Below are positions 42,138-51,456 of a stretch of 64,000 nucleotides of DNA, piece by piece. Below the pieces are notes generated by a model. It saw nothing but the letters and a program-made list of their open reading frames with translations, was not told where the DNA came from and searched no databases. Location of the stretch: positions 71,180 through 135,179 of the forward strand of contig CAXNCS010000003.1 in NCBI GenBank assembly GCA_964201005.1, given 5' to 3'. Positions within the stretch are counted from its first letter, which is position 1; each line of letters begins with the position of its first letter. Source of the stretch: Myxococcota bacterium. Its GTDB lineage: Bacteria > Myxococcota_A > UBA9042. The position numbers and the translations under genes are program-made.

Positions 42138-43019
42138 ATGGCCGATCCGACCAGCGCTCAAGACTGGGGCCGCCAGCGCAGCTTGCTGATGTGGGTGCAG
42201 TTTGAAGGCGCGGGTTTTGCCGGCTTTCAGCGCCAGCAGGGCGGCATTCGCACCGTCGGCGGCACCATTGAACAGATGTGGCGCGAACAGTTTGGCGAGG
42301 AAGTGTGGGCCCGATCGTCTAGCCGCACGGACGCAGGGGTGCACGCCCGGCGCATGCCGGTGCTCATTCGCACCAACCTGGCGCTTGCCGCGCGCGGGGC
42401 AATGCTCGGCCTGAACACTCGGCTGCCAGAGGACCTCAAGGTGCTCTCCGCAGAGGACGTGCCGACCGATGCCGACATCCGCGCCGACGCCGTGGGCAAG
42501 CGCTACCTGTATCGCATTCAGGAAGGTCCTGTAATTCTGCCCCTTTGGCGCGGCCACACCTGGCACGTGCGCGGGCCGCTGGACTTGGAGGCCATGCAAC
42601 AGGGGGCGGCGATGCTCCGCGGGGTCCACGATTTTGCCGCGTTTCGCTCGCAGCACTGCGGGTCGGCGACCACGCTGCGCGATCTCCACCTGGTGGCGGT
42701 GAGCGAGGTGCTGCGCGAGGGACCGTGCCGGGTCCTGCAGGTTGAAGTCGACGGCAACGCCTTCTTGCACAACATGGTGCGGATTATCGCCGGCACGCTG
42801 GTGGATCTGGGGCGCAGGCGGCGCAAACTGGCCGATTTGCAGCGGGCCCTGCAGCTGGGCGATCGCAGAGCCGCGGGACAGACCGCGCCGCCCCACGGCC
42901 TGCAGCTGGACGATGTGTACTTTGGCCCATGGGGCCAGCGCTTGGGCACGGATTACAAGGCGATTTTGGCGCACATGGATGCCGATCGCGCTCGCCGGGC
43001 CGCAGAAGCGCCTCAGTAG
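42138..43019 (+). CDS. truA: tRNA pseudouridine(38-40) synthase TruA
   Basis: In-frame ATG 42138 within ORF 42057-43019. FEGAGFAGFQRQ, SSSRTDAGVHARRM (catalytic Asp), DFAAFRS, NAFLHNMVRIIAGTLVDLG. The 3' end overlaps the convergent gene by 7 nt. Confidence 0.9.
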   Translation: MADPTSAQDWGRQRSLLMWVQFEGAGFAGFQRQQGGIRTVGGTIEQMWREQFGEEVWARSSSRTDAGVHARRMPVLIRTNLALAARGAMLGLNTRLPEDLKVLSAEDVPTDADIRADAVGKRYLYRIQEGPVILPLWRGHTWHVRGPLDLEAMQQGAAMLRGVHDFAAFRSQHCGSATTLRDLHLVAVSEVLREGPCRVLQVEVDGNAFLHNMVRIIAGTLVDLGRRRRKLADLQRALQLGDRRAAGQTAPPHGLQLDDVYFGPWGQRLGTDYKAILAHMDADRARRAAEAPQ

Positions 43020-44062
43020 ATGCAGGCGAACTTGCCGGTGCTTCCGTCCCAGCCGCACTTGACCGCGCCCACATCCAGGCATTTGACAAAGCTCAGTTTT
43101 CCGCTGTTGCAGTAGACCCACGTGTCGCCGCTGCACTGGCCTTGGGCGGGGAACGTGGTGGCGCTGCAGCTGCCGCCGGCGACCGGGGTGCAAGCCGTTA
43201 CGTCGCACTTCCAGCCCTCCGGGCAGGTGCCGCAGGGCTCGCCGCAGCCGTTGGTGCCGCAGACCATCTTCTTGCCGGTGTCCGTCACGCAAGCGCTGTC
43301 GCACTGTTTGACCACGCAGGTGTGGCTGTTCTTGACCGGATCCCAGCCGCACGTCAGGTTGTTGAGGTTGGGGGGCGCCGCGCAGTCCTTGGCGATTTTC
43401 TGAGCGCTTGCGCCGCTGCCGCTGCAGGTGAGCAAGATGTCGCCCTCGCACGAGCCCTTCTGCGGGTCGATGCCTTTGCACGGGCTGGCCTTGCACTGGT
43501 CGACATCGCAGAAATCGCCAACGCCGCAGCCGCCGCAGGACACGCCGCAGCCGTTGTCGCCGCACTGCTTGCCGGTGCAACTGCCTTTGCAGTCGGGCGT
43601 GTAGCATTTGCCGTCGGCGGCGCACTGCTTGTCTCCGTCGCAGGTGCCGCACTGGCCGCCGCAGCCGTCGGGACCGCAGATCTTGCCTGTGCACTGCTTT
43701 TCGCAGAATCCTTTGCAGGCGCTGCCGTCTTCGGCGCAGAATTCGCCGGATTTGCAGAAGCCGCACACCGAACCGCAGCCGTTGGGCCCGCAGACTTTGC
43801 CTTTGCACTGCGGGGTGCAGGGGCCCGTGTCGGCTTTGGCCGTATCCGCACCGTTGCTGTCGGCTGGCGGGGCAGCGGTATCCAGGGCGTCGTCGGCAGC
43901 GTCGGTCGCGACGGTGTCGGCTAGGTTTTCCGAGACCTCGGCCGCATCGACCACCGCATCGGCGGAGCCGCTCTTGGCGGGCTTTTCTGCGGCGACACAA
44001 CCACCTAGGCCAGCTACGCCGACCAGGACTAGCGCTGCGCCCCACCGTGTCCACCCGTTCAT
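43013..44062 (-). CDS. Cys-repeat lipoprotein (349 aa)
   Basis: ORF 43013-44434, with the start moved to ATG 44062 (MNGWTRWGAALVLVGVAGLGG/CVAA lipobox). There are four copies of the C.GK.CG..GCG..CG.C module (CKGKVCGPNGCGSVCGFC; CTGKICGPDGCGGQCGTC; CTGKQCGDNGCGVSCGGC; KKMVCGTNGCGEPCGTC). There are also two copies of a C.GD...C.SG..C..CGWD..C module. Confidence 0.8.
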   Translation of the reverse strand: MNGWTRWGAALVLVGVAGLGGCVAAEKPAKSGSADAVVDAAEVSENLADTVATDAADDALDTAAPPADSNGADTAKADTGPCTPQCKGKVCGPNGCGSVCGFCKSGEFCAEDGSACKGFCEKQCTGKICGPDGCGGQCGTCDGDKQCAADGKCYTPDCKGSCTGKQCGDNGCGVSCGGCGVGDFCDVDQCKASPCKGIDPQKGSCEGDILLTCSGSGASAQKIAKDCAAPPNLNNLTCGWDPVKNSHTCVVKQCDSACVTDTGKKMVCGTNGCGEPCGTCPEGWKCDVTACTPVAGGSCSATTFPAQGQCSGDTWVYCNSGKLSFVKCLDVGAVKCGWDGSTGKFACIY

Positions 44063-44396
44063 GCATCCCCCTGAGCGGTTAGGCCGCACCGCCAATTCTA
44101 CCGGGCTTCCAGGGCCTGTACAGGGCAGAGGCGAATTTGTCCCGGGTTTGCCGGTCTTGCCAAAATGGCACGCACTGCCGCCGCGTCTGCCGATTGTGCT
44201 GCCAGTGCGGCGTGTCGCTGGGCAGGGTTGAAGGGGCAAAATCTCTGGATCCGCATAGTTGTCGCCGCAGCTCGCTGGCACGGGTTTTGCTCCATTGCAG
44301 GGGTGGAATGGGCGAGGCCACTGGCGCGTTGGCGCCACCGACCTCAAACGGTCGCGGTCGGGCCCAGCACGGGCGTTTGCGGTCCGCAGGAGAGCG

Positions 44397-45416
44397 ATGG
44401 AGACGCTGCTAAAGCGACACTTCTGGGCCATCAATCTGGCAGCGCTGGCGGCGATTGCCTATTTTGCCGCGGGCTCCGTCAACGCCTTGATCGGCCTGCA
44501 GTTGTCCAAGGCGTCGCGGCCGGATGACAAGAGCCAGGTGGTCGCTTCGGCCGACGAGTCGCCGCTGACCAAGAAGCTCCGCGACGGCCGCCTCCGCGAA
44601 GAATCGGGCGCCGTCATGGCGGGTCGCCGGCCGTTTTGGCAGGAAGAGCCCGCGCCGCCGGAGCCGCCGCCAGAAGAGCTGCCGCCGGAGGGCGCAGGCG
44701 GCCCAGAGACGCCACCGGAGCCCAGTTTTGATCCGACCACGCTGCCGATCAAGCTCCTGGGCACCATGGTGGTGGCGCCGGAGACTTGGTCGTCCGCCAG
44801 CGTCGAGGTCGAGAGGACCAGCCAGAAGATCGTCAACGTGGGCATGGAGTTGCTGGGCGGGCAGGCGACGGTCTACGCGATTCGCCGCAACTACTTGGTG
44901 CTCAAAGAGGGCGACAAGCTCACGGTGGCCAAACTGTTTGCCGACGAAGCCCAGCAAGCCGCAGGCGGGGCGCCGCTGGCGCCGGGTGCAGCCGTACCGG
45001 TACCTGGGGCGGGTCGCGCACCCGGAGCGCCGGTCCGGCCAACGCCAGCTGCGATGGCGGGCGGGGTTGATCCGCCGGGCGTCAAGAAAGTCGGCGACGG
45101 CGTGTACAACCTCGAGCGCGGCAATGTCAACGAGAAGCTCAAGGATGTCACCACTTTGGGTACGCAGGTGCGCATTGTGCCCAATTACCGCGGCGGCAAG
45201 TACGAGGGATTTCGCATGATCGGCATGGGCGGCGGCAGCCTGTTTAGCGACATCGGCTTCCTCAACGGCGACATCGTCCAAGCGATCAACGGCGAGCGCA
45301 TCGACAGCCCCAACAAAGCCCTGGCCCTGTATGAAGCGCTCAAGAACAAAGCCCGCTTGACCGTGCTGATCGAGCGCGACGGCCAGCCCAAGACCCTTCG
45401 CTACACCATCCGCTAG
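44397..45416 (+). CDS. gspC: Type II secretion system protein GspC-like (TM anchor, Pro-rich linker, C-terminal PDZ)
   Basis: In-frame ATG 44397 (AGGAG upstream) within ORF 44259-45416. It has the TM helix FWAINLAALAAIAYFAAGSVNALIG and a PDZ-like end (GFRMIGMGGGSLFSDIGFLNGDIVQAINGERIDSPNKALALYEALKN). It sits immediately upstream of the secretin gene. Confidence 0.65.
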   Translation: METLLKRHFWAINLAALAAIAYFAAGSVNALIGLQLSKASRPDDKSQVVASADESPLTKKLRDGRLREESGAVMAGRRPFWQEEPAPPEPPPEELPPEGAGGPETPPEPSFDPTTLPIKLLGTMVVAPETWSSASVEVERTSQKIVNVGMELLGGQATVYAIRRNYLVLKEGDKLTVAKLFADEAQQAAGGAPLAPGAAVPVPGAGRAPGAPVRPTPAAMAGGVDPPGVKKVGDGVYNLERGNVNEKLKDVTTLGTQVRIVPNYRGGKYEGFRMIGMGGGSLFSDIGFLNGDIVQAINGERIDSPNKALALYEALKNKARLTVLIERDGQPKTLRYTIR

Positions 45417-45418
45417 CC

Positions 45419-48406
45419 GTGCGGCCGTCGCGCCGCGCAGCCACGCAGCAGTTTCGAATTCCAGACCAGACGGAGCACGCTTTGAGGACTCCCCATCATC
45501 GACAGCATCTCAGCCTTCGGGCTTACCTGACCGCGGTCCTGACCCTGGCGCTGGCCAGTTGGGCGACGCCCGCGTTGGCGCAGGAGGCCGGCAGTCCAGA
45601 AGCAGGCGGCCGAGGGCCCGGAGGCGCCGCGGCTGCCCCTGGGGCCGAGCGCAGCGGCGAGCGGGCTATCCCGGTGACGGGCGGGGCCGGCAAGCTCTCC
45701 AAGAAGCCCAAGACCGGCGAGATCAAGGCCGGCGGAAGCGGATCTGGGGTGCTCAAGCGCAAGCCGGGGGCCAAGCTGGACCCGGAGTACGATCCGGCCG
45801 CGGCGAGCCGTAGGGCCAAAGAAGGCGAGGAGCCCGCTGCGGCAGAACCGCGCACGCCCGGCCGCGGAGCCGAAGTGCCGCCGCCGGCTTCGCCTGGCAG
45901 TCCGCCGTCCAGCGATGAGCTCAAGAAGCTCGACGACGTGATGACCGTCAAGAACAACTTTACGGATATCAAGTGCAAGCGCCTGCCGCTGTCGGCCAAA
46001 GTGTCGGTCGACTTCCAGGATGCGCCGCTCGAGATCGTCACCAAGATGATGTCCTGCTGGCTGGACCGGAACTTTGCCGTGATGACGCAAAAGCGCGGCG
46101 GCAAGGTGACGATTTTGTCGCCGCAGCCGGTCACCGTGTACGAGGCCTACCGGGCTTTTCTTTCGAGCTTGGCGGTCAACGGCCTGACAGTGACCAAGAA
46201 GGGCCAGTTTTACCACATCGTCGATACGCCTGACGCGCGCAGCTCTGGCGCCCCGGTCATCGGCACACGGGGAAACGTCCCCGATGAAGACAACGTGGTC
46301 ACCCGGCTCATCCGCCTGCGGCACATCGACGCCAAGGACGCGGAAGCGGTGGTGGGCAAGTTCAAGTCCAAGACCGGCGACGTGTTTCTATACGCCCCGA
46401 CCAACACGCTGATCGTCACGGACATGGCCAGCAGCATTCGGACGATCATCAAGCTCCTCAACGAGATTGACGCGCCTCTGGGTGCCGACCGCATCTTTAT
46501 TCGCCCCGTGCAGCACATGGACGCCAGCGAGTTGGTCGAGAAGATCAACGCGGTGTTTGGCGAGGGCGGCGGCGGCGGCGGCCCGGCTCGGGGTGGCGCG
46601 GCGCCAGGCGGGGCCAACGCGGGTTCGCCCAGCTCGGCGGCCAAGGTCACCTTGACCAAAGTGGTGGCCGACGACCGCAGCAACCAGCTCATCATCATCG
46701 CCACGCGCTCCAACTACCTCAAAGTAGATGCATTGGTCCGCAAGCTCGACATGCCGATCCCCGGCGAAGGCGCCATCCACATCCACCATTTGGAGAATGC
46801 CGACGCCGAAGACGTGGCCCAGACCCTCTCTTCGCTCACTGGCGGCGGCGGCGCAGCGCGCTCGACCAAGGGCAGCAAGAGCACCGGCAGCAAATCCGCA
46901 GGCGCCAAGAGCGGCGGCGGCGCGGCGAGCCTTTTTCAGGGCGATGTGAAGATCACCGCTCATAAGGCCACGAATGCTCTGGTTATTGAGTCTAGCCTCA
47001 AGGACTATTTGAGCCTGCAGAAGGTCATTGGCGAGCTCGATCGCCGCCGCAAGCAGGTGTACGTAGAAGCGGTGGTGATGGAGATTTCGACCTCCAAGAA
47101 GCGCAACACCCAGCTGGCCGGCTCGGCGGGCACGGTGTTTGACATCGGCGGCGACCAAGTGCCGTTGCTGTTTGGCCTGGGCGGCTTGGGCATGTCGGGC
47201 GTGTCGCTCCAGCAGCTCAATTCCGGTGGCTTTGCCGCCGGTCTGCAAGGCCCTCTGCTCAACGTCAACGCGGGCAATACCGGCTCGAGCTCGGTGGCCA
47301 CCGGCGTGACCCTGTCGATCCCCGCGTTTGGCTTTCTGATTCAGGCGATTCAGGAGAATAGCGACGTCAACGTGCTGTCGACCCCGCACATCCTGACCCT
47401 GAACAATGAGGACGCGGAAATCACCGTGGGCCGCAAAATCCCCTATCGGTCCCAGAGCATGGGCAGCGGTCTTGGCGGTCTTAGCGGCCTAGGCTCCCTG
47501 GGTTCCAGTGCCCTGGGCTCGCTCGGCGGTTTGGGGGCGTTGGGCGGCATGATGGGCGGCATGATGGGCGGCATGGTGCAGTTCCTTGACGTCGACCTGA
47601 CCCTGAAGATCACCCCGCAAATCAACGAGTCGGACTTCATCAAGCTCAAGATTGAGCAGCAGCTCGACGAGGTGGAAGGGATCGATCCCAACCTCGGGCC
47701 GACAACGTCCAAGCGCAAAGTCAACAATACCGTGGTGGTGCGCGATCAGCAGCCGGTGGTGATCGGCGGCCTGGTCACGGATCGCGAGTCGACCGGCGTG
47801 GCCAAGGTGCCGATTCTGGGCGACCTGCCGCTGATCGGCATGCTGTTCCGCAAGTCGACCAAGACGATTGAGAAGAAGAACCTGATGCTCATCGTGGTGC
47901 CGCACATCATCAAGGATCCCAGCGATCTGGAGAAGATGCACGAAAACAAGATGGAGCAGATTCGCCAGTTTGCAGACGAGTTGGCCACCAAGCAGAAGGA
48001 GTACCAGGGCAAGGTCGACTACCGCAAGAAGAAGGGCTTCTTGGAGACGGTGTTTCAGGAGGTCGACAAGGCGGCCCAAGAGCGCAAGCTGATGGAAAAG
48101 GCCTACTTTGACAACCAGGATGTCGACAAGGTCGGTTCGCCGGAGAGCCACGATCTGCACTACGACCCGAGCAAGGGCAAGGATGCAGGCAAGGCCCCCA
48201 GCAAGGGCAAGAAGGCTGAAAAGCCGGCGCCTGAGGACGACGACGACGGCCCCGCGGTCGAAGTGATCGACCTGCCGGAAGACGACAAGGCCGAGGAAGA
48301 AGCCAAGGACGCGCCTGCAGAAAAGAAGGCATCGGCCAAGAGCGGCGAGAAGAAGCCGGCGGACAAGAAGGACGACGCCAAGGACAGCAAGAAGGGTGAT
48401 AAGTGA
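45419..48406 (+). CDS. gspD: Type II secretion system secretin GspD, with long disordered N- and C-terminal extensions
   Basis: GTG 45419 lies 2 nt after the gspC stop. An alternative start is TTG 45482, preceded by GGAG. Signal peptide ..LTAVLTLALASWATPALA/QE. N-domains: DFQDAPLEIVTKMMS, LIRLRHIDAKDAEAVV, NTLIVTDMASSIRTIIKLLNEID. Secretin core: VLSTPHILTLNNEDAEITVG, VVVRDQQPVVIGGLV, KVPILGDLPLIGMLFR..NLMLIVVPHII. Confidence 0.9.
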   Translation: MRPSRRAATQQFRIPDQTEHALRTPHHRQHLSLRAYLTAVLTLALASWATPALAQEAGSPEAGGRGPGGAAAAPGAERSGERAIPVTGGAGKLSKKPKTGEIKAGGSGSGVLKRKPGAKLDPEYDPAAASRRAKEGEEPAAAEPRTPGRGAEVPPPASPGSPPSSDELKKLDDVMTVKNNFTDIKCKRLPLSAKVSVDFQDAPLEIVTKMMSCWLDRNFAVMTQKRGGKVTILSPQPVTVYEAYRAFLSSLAVNGLTVTKKGQFYHIVDTPDARSSGAPVIGTRGNVPDEDNVVTRLIRLRHIDAKDAEAVVGKFKSKTGDVFLYAPTNTLIVTDMASSIRTIIKLLNEIDAPLGADRIFIRPVQHMDASELVEKINAVFGEGGGGGGPARGGAAPGGANAGSPSSAAKVTLTKVVADDRSNQLIIIATRSNYLKVDALVRKLDMPIPGEGAIHIHHLENADAEDVAQTLSSLTGGGGAARSTKGSKSTGSKSAGAKSGGGAASLFQGDVKITAHKATNALVIESSLKDYLSLQKVIGELDRRRKQVYVEAVVMEISTSKKRNTQLAGSAGTVFDIGGDQVPLLFGLGGLGMSGVSLQQLNSGGFAAGLQGPLLNVNAGNTGSSSVATGVTLSIPAFGFLIQAIQENSDVNVLSTPHILTLNNEDAEITVGRKIPYRSQSMGSGLGGLSGLGSLGSSALGSLGGLGALGGMMGGMMGGMVQFLDVDLTLKITPQINESDFIKLKIEQQLDEVEGIDPNLGPTTSKRKVNNTVVVRDQQPVVIGGLVTDRESTGVAKVPILGDLPLIGMLFRKSTKTIEKKNLMLIVVPHIIKDPSDLEKMHENKMEQIRQFADELATKQKEYQGKVDYRKKKGFLETVFQEVDKAAQERKLMEKAYFDNQDVDKVGSPESHDLHYDPSKGKDAGKAPSKGKKAEKPAPEDDDDGPAVEVIDLPEDDKAEEEAKDAPAEKKASAKSGEKKPADKKDDAKDSKKGDK

Positions 48407-50160
48407 TGGCGGCTGTCGCGACCAAGCAGTTGAGCAGCATTGATGCGCGGCCCATCGGCCAGATCCTGATTGCGCGCGGCTATACCAGTGACGAACACGT
48501 CAAGGTGGCGCTGCAGACGCAAAACGATCGGGGCGGACTGCTGGGGGAGCTGCTTGTGCAGCAGAACGGCGCGACCAAGCTACAGGTGCTAGAGGCCCTG
48601 GGCGCGCAGTTTGGCCTGCCCGTGACCGCCAAAATCGACGAAGACAGCATTGACGTCGCCTTGGTGGGGCCGCTGTCGATTTCGTATGCCCGCGAGGCCG
48701 AGGTGCTGCCGATCGGCAAGGAGCACGGCGTGCTGACCGTGGCGGTGTCGAATCCGCTGTCGCTCGGCGCCCTGGACGACCTGCGGGTGCTGTTTGGCGG
48801 CGTGCGCATAGAGCCGGTGCTGGTGACCCAGGAAGTGCTCAACGCGGCGATCAACTATAGTTTTGACCGCCGTGCCCGCGCCGATCAGGTCGTCGACGAC
48901 ATGGAGAAGGGCGAGAGCGGCGTGGCCGACATCGCCATGGAGTTGGAAGACGCGGCCAAAGACATCCTGGATGAGGACGACGAAGCGCCGATCATCCGCT
49001 TGGTCAATTCCGTACTCAACCAGGCGGCCAAGGAGAAGGTCAGCGACGTCCACATCGAGCCGATGGAGAAGTACGTGATGGTGCGCTTCCGCAAGGACGG
49101 CGTGCTCAAGGAAGTGGTCAAGACCTCTAAGAAATTTCAGCCTTCGATCACCAGCCGCGTCAAGATCATGGGCGGCCTGAACATTGCCGAGAAGCGCCTG
49201 CCCCAGGACGGCCGCATCCGCATCAAGGTGGCGGGGCGCGACATCGACCTGCGCCTTTCGACCATCCCCACGGCCCACGGCGAGCGCATCGTGATGCGTT
49301 TGCTCGACAAGACCTCGACGACCTTGGACCTCAAAGTGCTGGGTATGCGCGAGTCGATCCGCACGGCGATTGACCAGATTGTCCACAAGCCCAACGGGAT
49401 TTTCCTTTGCACCGGCCCCACCGGCTCCGGCAAGACCACCACGCTGTATTCAGCGCTGATGACGATCAACAAGCCGGATATCAACATCTTGACCATTGAG
49501 GACCCGGTCGAATACCAGCTGGAGGGGATCGGCCAGATGCAGGTCAACCCCAAGATCGACTTCACCTTTGCCCGCGGTCTGCGCGCCACGCTGCGCCAGG
49601 ATCCGGACGTGGTGCTGGTGGGCGAAATCCGCGACCTGGAAACTGCTGAAATCGCTGTGCAAGCCGCGCTCACCGGCCACTTGGTGCTGAGCACGGTCCA
49701 CACCAATGACGCCGCCTCCACCTACACCCGTATGATCGACATGGGGGTGGAGCCGTTCCTGCTTTCCTCTTCGATCGCCGGGATTTTGGCCCAGCGGCTT
49801 ATCCGCAAGCTGTGCAAAGACTGCCGGTTGCCGCACATCCCCACCGATCTGGAGCTCGAACAGCTGGGCCTGGAGCGCAAGGACCCCAAGGTGCAGCGGG
49901 CGACCTTCTATCGCGCCAAGGGCTGTCCGCAGTGCTCCATGTCGGGCTATGCGGGGCGATCGGGTTTGCACGAACTGATGATTCCTACGGAAGAAATCAA
50001 GCGCCTGGTGGTGGCGCGGGCCGACGCGAGCACGATCAAGAAGGCCGCGGTAGCCCAGGGGATGGAGACGCTGCTGATGGATGGCGCGGCCAAGTGCATG
50101 GTCGGCGACACCACCGTGGAAGAAGTGATGCGCATCGCCAACGCGGACGAGGAAGACTAG
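48406..50160 (+). CDS. gspE: Type II secretion ATPase GspE
   Basis: ATG 48406 overlaps the gspD stop (TGATG); the track starts 3 nt earlier at a GTG. It has an N-terminal GspE-N/MshEN-type domain, Walker A GPTGSGKTT, LRQDPDVVLVGEIRD, the His box TGHLVLSTVHTND and a tetracysteine CKDC..CPQC. Confidence 0.92.
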   Translation: MAAVATKQLSSIDARPIGQILIARGYTSDEHVKVALQTQNDRGGLLGELLVQQNGATKLQVLEALGAQFGLPVTAKIDEDSIDVALVGPLSISYAREAEVLPIGKEHGVLTVAVSNPLSLGALDDLRVLFGGVRIEPVLVTQEVLNAAINYSFDRRARADQVVDDMEKGESGVADIAMELEDAAKDILDEDDEAPIIRLVNSVLNQAAKEKVSDVHIEPMEKYVMVRFRKDGVLKEVVKTSKKFQPSITSRVKIMGGLNIAEKRLPQDGRIRIKVAGRDIDLRLSTIPTAHGERIVMRLLDKTSTTLDLKVLGMRESIRTAIDQIVHKPNGIFLCTGPTGSGKTTTLYSALMTINKPDINILTIEDPVEYQLEGIGQMQVNPKIDFTFARGLRATLRQDPDVVLVGEIRDLETAEIAVQAALTGHLVLSTVHTNDAASTYTRMIDMGVEPFLLSSSIAGILAQRLIRKLCKDCRLPHIPTDLELEQLGLERKDPKVQRATFYRAKGCPQCSMSGYAGRSGLHELMIPTEEIKRLVVARADASTIKKAAVAQGMETLLMDGAAKCMVGDTTVEEVMRIANADEED

Positions 50161-50163
50161 CCC

Positions 50164-51432
50164 ATGCCGGTTTACGAATATGTCGGCAAGGATACCGCGG
50201 GTCGCAGCGTCAAAGGATCGCTGGACGTCGACGGCGTGCGCGCGCTCAAGTCCGCCCTCCGTCGGCAGAACATCTTCTTGACCGAGTATCGCGAGGCCAA
50301 TGCCCGCGGCGCGCAGAAAGGCGCCAAGATCAAGGCCGGTGTCCAGCAGAAGTCTGGGTCGCGCGATGTCGAAGTCGGTGAGATGTTTACGCGGATCACC
50401 CCGCAGGAGATCTCAGAGACGACCCGGCAGCTTGCCACCCTCCTCAAGGCCACGGTGCCGCTGGTCGAGGCGCTGGCAGCGACGGTCGAGCAGGTAGAAA
50501 ACCCCAAGCTCAAGCGGGTGTTGGCCCAGGTCCGCACCGATGTCAATGAGGGTGCGCCGTTCTGGCGGGCTCTGGCGGTGCACGACAAGATCTTTGAGTC
50601 CACCTACTACAACATGATCCGCGCGGGCGAGTCGTCGGGCAACCTCGACGCGGTGATGATGCGCTTGGCCGATTTTACCGAGTCGCAGGTCAAGCTCCGC
50701 AACAAGATCGTGGGCGCGATGACCTATCCGGTGATCATGCTGATCATCTCGCTGCTCATCGTCATGGGCATGATGCTGTTTGTGGTCCCCAGTATCACCG
50801 CGATGTTCAAGGACTTGGGCGCAGATCTGCCGTTCATCACCAAGCTGCTGATCGGTATGTCGGAAGGCCTGGCGAATTTCTGGTGGCTGGGCGTGCTGAT
50901 CCTGGTGGGCGCCTGGCAGGCCTTTAAGCGCTGGAAGAACTCGGAGAGCGGTGCGGAGTCTTGGGACCGCGCGCTGCTCAAAGTGCCCGTTCTGGGCGAC
51001 TTGCTGCGAAAAATCGCCATTGCCCGGTTTTCAAGGACTTTGGGTACGCTGCTGCAGGCCGGCGTGCCGCTGCTGACGGCGATGGAGATTGTCGAGAATG
51101 TCGTGGCCAATCGGGTGTTGACCAAGGTGTTGACGGAAGCGCGCAACGCCATTCGCGAAGGCGACAGCATTGCCGGGCCGCTCAAGCGCTCCGGGCAGTT
51201 TCCATCGATGGTTGTGCACATGATCGCCATTGGCGAGCGCTCTGGCGAGCTGGAGAACATGCTGACCAACGTCTCAGAGAGCTATGAAAATCAAGTCGAT
51301 ACTCGGGTGGCGGCGCTGACCAGCCTGCTAGAGCCGCTGATGATCGTCTTTATGGGCATCGTGGTGGGCTTTTTGGTCGCGGCGATCTTGCTGCCGATGA
51401 TGAAGCTTACCCAAGCCGTACAACAGGGATAA
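50164..51432 (+). CDS. gspF: Type II secretion inner-membrane platform protein GspF
   Basis: 422 aa with a duplicated GspF/PilC domain (TRQLATLLKATVPLVEALA; FSRTLGTLLQAGVPLLTAMEIV), three TM segments and the C-terminus LLPMMKL. Confidence 0.9.
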   Translation: MPVYEYVGKDTAGRSVKGSLDVDGVRALKSALRRQNIFLTEYREANARGAQKGAKIKAGVQQKSGSRDVEVGEMFTRITPQEISETTRQLATLLKATVPLVEALAATVEQVENPKLKRVLAQVRTDVNEGAPFWRALAVHDKIFESTYYNMIRAGESSGNLDAVMMRLADFTESQVKLRNKIVGAMTYPVIMLIISLLIVMGMMLFVVPSITAMFKDLGADLPFITKLLIGMSEGLANFWWLGVLILVGAWQAFKRWKNSESGAESWDRALLKVPVLGDLLRKIAIARFSRTLGTLLQAGVPLLTAMEIVENVVANRVLTKVLTEARNAIREGDSIAGPLKRSGQFPSMVVHMIAIGERSGELENMLTNVSESYENQVDTRVAALTSLLEPLMIVFMGIVVGFLVAAILLPMMKLTQAVQQG

Positions 51433-51456
51433 ACGCTTATGCAATTGGAGGATACG

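Noticed and set aside
42006-44066. 686-aa - strand ORF
   Set aside because: It runs antisense to truA and out of frame with the Cys-repeat lipoprotein gene. Its translation is Arg/Gln/Pro-rich nonsense.
51439-51456. Upstream ATG for gspG given by the track
   Set aside because: ATG 51457 has a GGAGGA Shine-Dalgarno at ideal spacing, whereas 51439 lies 6 nt after the gspF stop with no SD. Both remain possible and only the leader length changes.
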